This document shows, one piece after another, positions 21,965-32,399 of a stretch of 64,000 nt of DNA. Source of the stretch: Azolla caroliniana (taxonomy: Eukaryota > Plantae > Polypodiophyta); the NCBI GenBank assembly GCA_043228905.1, contig JBHGNT010000008.1:21700001-21764000 (forward strand), written 5' to 3'. Made by a program: the position numbers and the translations under genes. Position 1 is the first letter of the stretch. Each line of letters starts with the position of its first letter. Under the pieces are notes generated by a model, which saw only the letters and a list, made by a program, of their open reading frames with translations, was not told the origin of the DNA and searched no databases.

Positions 21965-24900
21965 TTATCCCTCCTCTTAAAACGACGAGTGGAAGGAGTT
22001 GTTAACAATGCAAGACCGGGTTTGTTGGGATAGTGACGATGGAAGTCGTCGATAAGAGCTTGAGCATTACAAACATTATCGACAGGTTTCCATGTGCGAT
22101 CACTCGGGGTATACCCTAGCCAATCAACTAGATAATACAAGTTATTGTGCACAATCTTAGAATCGAGAATGGAGGCTACCTCGTACTCTGGGCACGATTG
22201 GGAATCGAGCTGGTGTGGCAAGGTTCCAAAAGAGAGCTATGAAAGACTAGATGAAGCCACAAATTTGCAGGAAGATCAAAACTGAATGTTGCATCATTAA
22301 TCCGCTCCATGGTGACAAAAGGACCCAAGCGTTTATAATCTAGCTTATCACATGGTCGAGTAGTCTTTATGTGACAACGTAACAACCATACCTGATCAAC
22401 AATCTTGAATGGAGACAGAAGACGATGTTGATTTGTGTGGGCCTTATGTTGGGCTTGAGCTTTCTGAAGATGTGAAGACAACTCGAACTGGAGGTGTTGC
22501 AGTCGGTGGAGGTGCTACTCCGCACTAGGGTTTGGTGAGATCACTAGAATGTCCAAGAGACACCATTGAGGATGGTTGCCAATGTAGGCATAGAAAGGTG
22601 TGACCTTGGTAGAAGAGTGTATGATGTTATTGTACGCAAACTCTGCAAAATGCAATATATGACTCCAATCATCTTGTTGATAACTGATGAAACATTGAAG
22701 ATACTGCTCAAGTGTTTGATTTGTGCGCTCTATTTGGCCATCAGTTTTAGGATGATATGCTGAAGAGAGTTTGCAAGAGATTGGAGCCTGTTACATAGGT
22801 GCTTCCAAAAGTGAGAGATAAATTGCGGACCAGGATCACTAATGATGTCGTTTGGAAGACCATGATGGCGAAATACTTCACACATAATGATATCTGTTGT
22901 TTCTTGACTACTAATGCTCTTTACACAGGGAAAAAATGTGCCATCTTGGTAAATCAATCCACTACGGTTAAAATAGCATCAAAACCCTGTGAAGGTGGCA
23001 GATCTGTAATGAAATCCATAGAAATTGACTGCCATGGCTTGCTCGAAGTCGACAATGGTTGTAACAACCCAATAAGGATGATGCTTAGGCATTTTGGCTC
23101 GACAACATGTGTCACATGTGCAAACGTAATCTTCAACAAATTGTTGTAAATGAGGCCACCAAAATTATCACTTCAATAGCTCCATGGTCTTGGCAATACC
23201 AAAGTGTTCGACCATACGGGCATCATGACAATGCTCCAACACTCGAAGGCGTAGTGATCCATCAAGGACATAAAGGAGATTCTTGTAGAAAAGTAAGTTA
23301 TCTTGCCTCTTGAACTCCTTATAGCACCGAGATGTCCCTGGCAATGCATGATGTGGACCAAGGTGGGCAAAGACATCCTTAGCAAAATCATCAAAGTGAA
23401 GTTGTTGTCTAATAGTATCAAGAAGACTTGAATCCAATGGCGTGGCACAAACCGTGGTTGCTTGTAGTTTTGTTGGACCAAGGAGAACTTGCTTTTGATT
23501 GTCGAAAGCTGGATCTCCAAGGCGAAGTGCCAAATATGAGCGTCGAGATAGAGCATCTACTTACCCTTGTTGTTTCCCTGGGCGGAAAATGATCTTGAAA
23601 TCAAAACGAGTTTAAATATTGCGCCCACCGAGCTTGTCACCTATTTAGCACTCGAGCCGTCTGAAAATATGTAAGATTTTTGTGGTCACTATAAATGATG
23701 ATTTGATGAGGCAAACCTTCCAAGAAATGTCGCCATTGCGCAAAAGAGTCGACCACAGCTAGTAACTCTTTATCATGCACCTCGTAGTTGATCTCCGCAA
23801 CATTAAATTTTCTTGAGTGAAACGCGACTAGATGCAACTGCCCATCTTCACCTAGCTGTGATAGGATGTTCCCCAATGCAAAGTCGGATGCATCTGCCTC
23901 AATGGTAAATGGCTTTTCTGGATCAACATGAGCTAAAAAAGGAGCTGATGTGAATGCCTCTTTCAATTGAGTATAGGTTTTGTCCGCTTCAAGAGTCCAA
24001 ACAAATGCTTGATTTTTCTTGGTGAGTTGAGTGAGCGTCAATACAATCTTCGAATAATTCCATATGAATTTGCAGTAGAAGTTGGCAAATCCAAGGAAAC
24101 ACTGGACATTGCGAACGGAACTTGGAGTATGTCATTCCAATATTGTTTGAATTTTCACTTGATCCATGAAGATACCTTTCGATGAAATGATGTAACCCAA
24201 GAACTCAACTTCTTTGCAATCAAAACTGCACTTCTCTAGTTTGGCATAAAGACCATACTCTCTTAAGCGTTGGAGTACCGTTCGCACATGTATATCATGC
24301 TCCACCTGTGTTCTAGAGTAAATCAATAGATCATCTAAATAGATGATGAGAAGATATCTAGAGAATCTCGGAAAATGTCATTTGCCATATGTTGAAACAA
24401 GCGGGAGCATTTGTGAGCCCAAAAGGCAATTACTATATACTCGAAACGGCCATACCGAGTGCAAAATGCAGTCTTCCACTCATCTCTCGGTCGAATATGG
24501 ACAAGATTATATACAACCCTTAGATCAATTTTGGTAAAATGCTTTGCCCCACCAATGCACTCTAAAAGACTGGAAATTAAAGGTAGCGCATACCTATTTC
24601 TTATTGTGACTTTATTTAATCCACGATAATCCACGACCAAACGAAGTGAGCCGTCCTTTTTCTTCACGAAAAAGATAGGAGCACCAGCTGGAGACTTTGA
24701 ATGTCGAATAAACCCACTTGCAAGATTCTCGTTGATGTATGATCGAAGAACCTCAAGCTCCGTTGGTGACAGATTCTAGATCAGACCCCATGGTGGCTCT
24801 TTTCCTGGCTGTCGATCAATGGGACAATCATATGGTCGATGCTTTGGAAGTACACTAGCTTTGACTTTGTCGAAGACATCAGCATATTCTTGGTACTTTT

Positions 24901-25747
24901 TAGGAATGTATACCTCTAACTTCCCTTGAGTGTCATTAGAAGGTGCAACTGATATGGCAAATAAGAATAAATCTTCTTTTGCTCCTTCTTGGCATAATTG
25001 TTGTAGGGTGATGGTTGAAATCTGATGAAGAGGAACAACGTGTTTGGTAGAGAGTGAATTGGTAACACTATGTTTTTCAAGAGGAGGATCTTGGGTTCGA
25101 CCCTTGACTACTATGTTTCCTTTTGAAGGGCACCTAATATATCGTCGTCTCCAATCAATTCTTGGGTTGTGTAGCTCGAACCATGGCAAACCAAGGACTA
25201 TTGGATGCTCATGGCTACGGATTATGTTAAAGGAAAGTACACATCCTAGATCACCTAAGAGTATGTGTATCGGCTCAGACTCCTCGAATATCTTTCCAAA
25301 AGCTATGGGACGTCCATCAATCACTACTACAGAAATTGGGCAAGGAAGTTTATGCAAGGGTAAAATCTCTATCCATGAAACAAGAATTGGCTCCGATATC
25401 TAAGAGAGCTGGGACATGAAGTTGACAACTTGGTGTCCTAACTTGTACTTGGGCAGAGAAAACTCTACTAACATGCTTGGAAGAGATGGAACCCACACTA
25501 GGTTGTACAGATCTAGGACTGTCCAACCAAATGGCTCCAATTTTGGCCGGACTTATTCGTTTGACTCCTCTGAAACCTTATGTAGATCTTCAAGCAGTCG
25601 TTGATTCTCTAGCTCTAGTGATGCAAACTTGTTTTTGAGATTCTCCATTTCTACAACAAGGGCGAGGTATTCTTGTGGGTTGGTAGTAGCCATGGGTACT
25701 AACTAGTGTTTGTGGAAGCGATAAAGGAGAAGAAGTTCAAATCAAAC

Positions 25748-26205
25748 TGTCAGAACAAAGCAAGAGATTGAACGATTGAAGGAAGGTATAAGAGAAGAGA
25801 AGAAGAGAGGAGAATGGATTGATAAGAGAAGAGTGGATTTATTAGAATAGAATGAGTACAAGGATGAGTTGGATACAAGGTAGGCTTGGAGCTGAAGACT
25901 AGTGTTGATTCGAACTGATTTGATATGATCTATTTGTCTCTATTTATAGGTTTCTATAGAATAGCTTAGAGATTTCTAGAATGCTCTAGAATGTTCTAGA
26001 CCTAGAATATTCTAGGATGTTCTAGAAGATTTCTAGAATGTTCTAGAAAGTTCCAGAAGTTTCTCTGATACAATAATCACTATGAAAAGTAGCCTTTATC
26101 ATTTCACGTCCTGATAGGTTACCTTAATGGTTAGGCTTCGAATTTCATAATACGAAGTCCTAGGTTTAAGTCCAGGTGAAGCATAATGTTCACGGATTCA
26201 TGACA
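25748..26205 (-). repeat. 5' LTR of the Tcn1-like element
   Basis: Minus strand TGTCATGA..TTCTGACA, with TATAAATA at 25941-25948. Confidence 0.92.
26031..26063. promoter_or_regulatory. Perfect 7-unit heat-shock element in the LTR U3 (copy at 21790-21822)
   Basis: TTCtaGAAtgTTCtaGAAagTTCcaGAAgtTTC, alternating nGAAn/nTTCn pentamers ~80-115 bp upstream of the LTR TATA box. Confidence 0.75.
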
Positions 26206-26597
26206 TGTAGGGCACATCCTATTGGCAACGAAGAACATAGGGTTCATGCAAATGTGAAGGGGTTGCCTCACAAACCACTAGCGAAACTAGTGGTCAGTGA
26301 ATCACATTTTCCCGAAGGGATTAACACGACACCTACCTTGGAGTATTGCATTTCCAAGGGTCAATACCGAGTCTTGAAGGATCACCTTCCTCTCGATGGG
26401 CTAACCGAGGGATTGGGGGATGATATCGTGATGTGGGGAGCACATATGAAGAAATGAGCTAAACTATATATTTTTTAGTTGTCAACATTTTTCATTAGCA
26501 CATGCCACTTTTCATAAACACTAAAATTTACAGAAAGACCCCTGAAAATTTCCAATATGTGGTCATATGTTGAATTTTAAGATCGGCATGCACTTTG

Positions 26598-26880
26598 TGT
26601 CAAGAACTACATGCTCCCGATGAACAACGCTCGGTCACAACCAAGCTTAGAATCAAACATAGAAAATGGGGATGAATGCACGACACAATGGAGAGAAGAG
26701 TACACAAGATATTTACATGGAAAACCCAAACACGGGAAAAACCACGGCAGTCCACTGACTGCTAACTATCACTATGTTACAATATACAATAGATGAACAC
26801 AAAGGCAACGACCTCTTGTTCACTGTCTTCGCCACAGGCGGCAGTTACAACAGAGATACTCATCAGTACTGTTCTTCTCA
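26598..26880 (-). mobile_element. Fragment of a Tork-like copia LTR, reverse orientation
   Basis: The reverse complement matches young-copia LTR blocks (CCGTGGTTTTTCCCGT; CCGCCTGTGGCGA..ACAG; GGTTGTGxCCGAG). Confidence 0.6.
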
Positions 26881-28107
26881 CTTCCCATCCAGAGGGACCT
26901 GTTTCCTAACACTTTGGGAATTCCATGAAAGAATATGCACACAATCAATCAATCAATCGACTCATGTCAAACAATACTATTGACTATGAGAAGCCACAAT
27001 TGCTCAACAAGAGATTTAGAAATGGGCATTATTCTCTCTTCTTGCCCCATACAAACCTACCCTAGCATAAACATGTGTACCTGTTATTGAGTGGGGGGTG
27101 AAGCCAAGAACGACTTCACCCCCTTCCCAAGGGGGTTACGTATGAGGGGGAGAGAGAGAGAGAGGGAAAGAGAAATAATGAAACACAAAATGAGAGGGGA
27201 AAATCTATATTTCATTACATGTCCCATAAGGGGTTTATATAGTATATAATGGAACGGTTAATAATATGACCGTTACAAAAAGAAGACCATTACATTCTTG
27301 TCACATGCACATAATTGTACATGTGTTCACACACATATTTATCCTCACTCACACTCTTATACATTACACAAATATAACAACCCCTTTAACGTGTTTTACC
27401 CTTATATCACCCCGTACACTTCTATGGGTAACAGTACCGAAAATGCTTAATTCTCGTACTTGGGATTTCCATAATTGATGTAAAACGTCCTCTTTAGCGA
27501 TAGGTATCAATGAGGGGCACAAAGATAACCTTCATCTATGTTATTGTTCATTACTTGAACACCTCCACAATACCTAGTAACCTTAATCACAAACGCATAC
27601 ATATACCGTGATACGTTGCCCCACATGCTTGTAACGTTCAAGGCATGCAAATTCAAGATGTGCACAAAAAGAGAAGACATATATGCACGACGCAAGAAAA
27701 GCCATGTGCATGCTTCTTCTTAATATAATCAGCATAACAACAAGATGAGCATCAATGAGGAAGAGGAAGCGCCAAAATGAAGTAATCATTCAACTTGAAA
27801 AAGCACTAAATTAAATTTGAGGGGAAACTAGCTCCCAAAATGGTAAGATGCTTTTACAACCATTTCCCCCCATTTCTTGTCTTTAATGTTTATTATACTA
27901 CCCCCTACCCCACTCCTTAAAAAGATTTTATTTTTTGTTGAAATTTTTTCTTATTTTTAGGTATAACTTATAAGTATACATGTTGTTTTACGTTAAAAAC
28001 AATATTATTTTGGTACACCGTAGCGTGTTTTAAACCCATAACAAAAGGAGATTGGTCTTCCCCTAGAGTTAGCTCGACATTGTCATGTTTGACGCAGTTT
28101 AGTAAGT

Positions 28108-28318
28108 TTCGGTTGATTCCTTTTGGCTAGGAAATGAGTTTAGCAAATTCGATTGCTTCCTTTTGGCTAGGAAATGCGTTTAGCACATTCGATTGCTTCC
28201 TTTTGGCTAGGAAATGCGTTTAGCACATTCGATTGCTTCCTTTTGGCTAGGAAATGCGTTTAGCACATTCGATTGCTTCCTTTTGGCTAGGAAATGTGTT
28301 TAGCACATTCGATTGCTT
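28108..28318. repeat. 40-bp minisatellite, ~5.3 copies
   Basis: Unit TTCGATTGCTTCCTTTTGGCTAGGAAATGCGTTTAGCACA repeated head to tail without spacers. Confidence 0.95.
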
Positions 28319-29139
28319 ATAGAGAGTATGTATTCAGCCATTACAAGTTGTGCCTAGGTCGGCCCAAACCCAAACCAGAGCCAGACCAGACCAAACTAGA
28401 CCCAAACTGTTACGGGCATGACCATATAATATCCCATGGTGAGAATTTACCGTAGTATTCTATACACGTGATAACACAAACCAAACCCTAACCAAACTAG
28501 CCCAACGAATGCTCAGACTCGCTCTCTATGAGAAGCGAACGGAAGACGCAAAAACTTTCATATGAGGATGGATGGATGGATGGCTAAATATGTGCATTAT
28601 TGTCATTATTTTTGCATTAAAGTTTTTTTTAAAAGAAATAAAAATAAAAAGTGTATGCTTTAAACATGTAGTTTGTAGACAAATAAATAAGGTATTTAGG
28701 GTAAATGTTAAAACAATAAATAAAATAATAATAATAATAATAATAAGTTATAACAATAAGGAAAATAGTAAAAATAAAAATAAATAAATAACAAAAGAAT
28801 AAAACAGAGCAATAGATGTCTCTCTGCAGAGCAGCAACAGAAGAAGAAGAAGAAGGAAGGAGCTCACACAGTCGAGAAAAGACAGGAAAACAGAGCCCTT
28901 CCTTTGCCATTCCTTGACAGGCCTCCCTTTTATTTTAGGTATGTCTCCTATAATCCCCCTCCATTTTTGTCATTGCAATAGAATTGGAAGGAGAAAAGGA
29001 AAAGATTAAATTGATTAACAAACACCCTAGTTGCAGCTTCTAGTCTGACCAGTCTGACTCTGCCCTTACACAGTAGGTAGAAGGAGGACAAATATCGGGC
29101 TTCAATACGAAATTGCAATTGAATTTAGGGCTTTGATTA

Positions 29140-29700
29140 ATCTTTTAGAGTTTCATGTGAATGTTGCAAAATTTCAAGTCACGTATGAAAGCTCAAGTAA
29201 AATTAGGGTTTCAAGTGAATGTCCAATGATCTCAGTGTTTCAAGGGAATGCGCATTAATTTAGGGTCTCAAGCGAGAGATAATTCATTTAGGGTTTCAAG
29301 TACATTTTCAAGGATTTTTAGGGTTTTAAGCGGATTGCAAAAAAAATCTCAGAGTTCCAAGTGAATTGCACATAATTCTAGGACTTCAAGTGAATCACCA
29401 GTAGTTTAGGGTTTCAAATGAATGTCGAATAATTCAGGGTTCTTATGTGAACTTTTAAGATCATAGAGTTTCAAGTGAATCTTCAGTAAATTTAGGGTTT
29501 CAAGTGAATGTCGTATATAATTCAGGATTTCAAGTGAATTTTCATATAATCTTAGGGTTTTTAAGTAATATGAAGGTTTCAAGTGTGAAATTTGAAGTAA
29601 ATTTAGGATTTCAAGTGAATTTTCATATAATCTTAGGGTTTTTAAGTAATATGAAGATTTCAAGTGTGAGATTTGAAGTAAACTTAGGGTTTCAAGTGAA
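29140..29700. repeat. Degenerate TTAGGGTTTCAAGTGAA-type repeat array (telo-box-like) with an 81-bp tandem duplication
   Basis: Many TAGGGTTTCAAGTG variants; 29524-29604 is repeated at 29605-29685. Confidence 0.75.
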
Positions 29701-29920
29701 GTTAAAGTTTATTTTGTAGATTCTTATGAATTGATGCTTCAGAAAAGGGGATTTCTTAACAGTTTCAAAGTGTGATAAATGTATATATATATACATACAT
29801 ACACATATGGTGAGGCTAAATATTTGTGATGTTTCTATTGTATTTTTTTTTCAAGCTGCTTTATTGCTCCAATTTTTTTTTAATAAATCACATTAATCGA
29901 GGGAAGTCATATCCTAATGA

Positions 29921-31645
29921 ATGAAGGAAAAGAGCTTGCTGGTTATTGAAGATTCTCAAGGAAAGATTTATGAAAATGGACTTATGAAATCTGGTTGTGA
30001 AGGTATAAATTCATACCTATTGATTTATAACTTCTCTTGATATTGCATAGATGAAGTGATTTCCTTACATGATTTGAATGCTCTATATCATATATAAATC
30101 TATGCGTAGTTACATTCTACAAGTGATTATATTTTGAGCCTAGAAGCATAAGATTATGATGTTGTTACTAGACTAGTAGTCCCCATCAAAGATAATACGT
30201 ATTTGTATATGAATACAAATATTTTGACATGTTGGCTAACAGACATGCAACAATCATCAAGTGTCTCTGCAAATGGACAATCCGATTTTGATCTGGAGAA
30301 GGATGGAAATGTATAGTAACTCAGCTTTTCCTTTTATAAAATGTTATCACTTTGTGTGTTTTTTTCTAAGTTTGATATGATAGATGTTTTTTTATTTTAC
30401 ATCTTGACACCAGAGTTAGATGCTAAGGTTATATTCTTTGTTTGAAGAAACTTGCATATCAAAGGTCAACATAATATTTAAGTTTGGTAATCATTGGGAG
30501 ATCACATTGAGCATTCTCTAGGATTATATGGATTTGGTGGAACTATATCATCATATATATGTGTATTCTATGGTGACCATTCAATAGGAAATGCAAGGGA
30601 TTTGGTGAAAGTATCTGAATGCAAACATGTTTTTCAAAAGCTAGTAAATATCTTGGAACTTGGACTAGCAATATCACCCATTCTACCACAAACCATCAGA
30701 ATGATGTGTTTGATTGTGTATATAATGAAATAAATGATCTTGTACTTCTTGAGATGTACTTATTATGCATGCATGTTTTCTTTATTCTAATCTGGTGTTA
30801 TATTTATTTATTCTCTCCATTTTTTACTCCTTTATTTATGCTCATAACTTCAAACTACTGAGTTTTGTTTGACTTATAAATCTATTTAAATGTGTTGAAT
30901 TATGATTTTAAGTTCAAGTTTTATTCCTATTATGTATTTCTTGATCTCTTCTACTTATTCACTGAAGGACCGAAAACAGAAACATTTTTCTTTCAATATG
31001 TAGGAGTTGGTGCATGAAGAAGACAGTCAAGGGCAATTAGAAGAAAGATTGGAACGGTTGAACACCGAAGCTGATAGAGACTATAAAAAGGTGTGTCTTT
31101 GAAAGATTGTTGCAGTAAGCATTTAGTATTTATGCACAAAGATTGATTGGTAGACATTAGAGGACATTGTTACAATTTATTTTGGGGCTAAGAAATACTG
31201 TAAAAATCTTTTTTAGTTTATTAATTAAGTGTGTTCTCTTTTTGTAGCCGATTATATGGCTTCCCGAGCATTTCATTATTCATAAAATGATGAGGAACAA
31301 ACTGAGACCCAAATTTTAACTCCTGGGTTTAAGACATGGAAAAGAAAAACAAAACATCTGGCATTGTCAGAGTGTTTAGCTACCATAAAAAGAAAGAGTT
31401 TCTGATAAGGCCATGGACAATATAATTTTCGTTCTTGCTTTCTATATGAATAACTTTGTTTGTTGAATGATACTTAAACAAAATTAGCCCATAAAAACAT
31501 TTCAATATCATATTGTCAAATTTGCGTCTAAGCTCTTATTTATTTTCATAATTTATAGCTAATTCAGATTGGAAATTCTATGTAGGAGCCTGAGTCGACA
31601 GAGCAATCCTATCGGACTGAGCTTGATAGAAAAGACGATATAACA

Positions 31646-31705
<60 letters not shown>

Positions 31706-31993
31706 GGCCTTATTTCATTTATTTGGTTTGGATTGTAAAATTCTTGTTTATCTACTACATTTAGGGTTTATGGTGTGCTTTGTTTGAAACATTTGTGTTA
31801 GGAATGGGGGATCGATAAAAACTTGCCTCCAATCAAGACGAGACGAGATAGTAGCGAGTCACCTGAGTGCTCCCCCTCAGATCTCTCACCGCCATCGCCA
31901 AAGAGGATGCGGCCAGGCTCCAAGGAAAGAACAGAAGATCAATTGCATGAACTTTGGGATGATGGAACAAAGTTAGGATGTGATCGTATGTGA
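29921..31993 (+). CDS. Putative 5-exon orphan gene, ~162-aa acidic, Ser/Pro-rich protein
   Basis: Phase-compatible GT-AG exons 29921-30002, 30243-30310, 31004-31090, 31586-31645 and 31802-31993 give a stop-free MKEKSLLVIEDSQG...SPPSPKRMRPG...CDRM*. Probable 5'UTR exon ending at an AG|GTATGT donor near 28938. Confidence 0.55.
31649..31704. repeat. (TG)n(TA)n microsatellite
   Basis: Seen directly; it starts inside the splice donor GTATGT. Confidence 0.95.
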
Positions 31994-32399
31994 TTGGGTC
32001 CTAGCTTGTATTATATGCGCAATGTATATACACATCGTAAACAAAAGCAAAATCAAGAGTGTATGTTAGTTTATATGCAAGGTTCAGGTTTATCTTAAAG
32101 ATGGAACTTGAGGTGGTCCTAGGATTTGCATTTGATTTGTTTGTTTTTTCTGGTCTTGTAAATTTGTTCATGAGATTAGTGTGTGGGGGGATTGTGTTGT
32201 AGCTTTGTACATGATATTCTATGAGATTAATGGGTATGGCTGTGTATCAAACTTTCATTTGTCTCCATGATTTTGAGTGCCATCTTTTTTCCATTCTTCT
32301 TGTTCTACAATGTAGTGTGGTGTACTTTACCATGACCTCCACATATCTAATATATCAAGTGATGGGGATCAATTATCATATTATAAAGTTTAAACAACA

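Larger units (their letters stand above)
21526..26205 (-). mobile_element. Complete but degenerate Ty3/gypsy chromovirus (Tcn1-like), gag partly deleted
   Basis: LTRs 21526-21964 and 25748-26205. TSD TGTAG at 21521-21525 and 26206-26210. PPT at 21965-21978 (minus strand AAGAGGAGGGATAA). [12 protein letters not shown], RNase H EADASDFALG, integrase [10 protein letters not shown], chromodomain YYLVDWLGY. Confidence 0.95.

Noticed and set aside
28108-28318. CRISPR-like array
   Set aside because: The units are contiguous with no unique spacers, the context is eukaryotic and there are no cas genes. It is a minisatellite.
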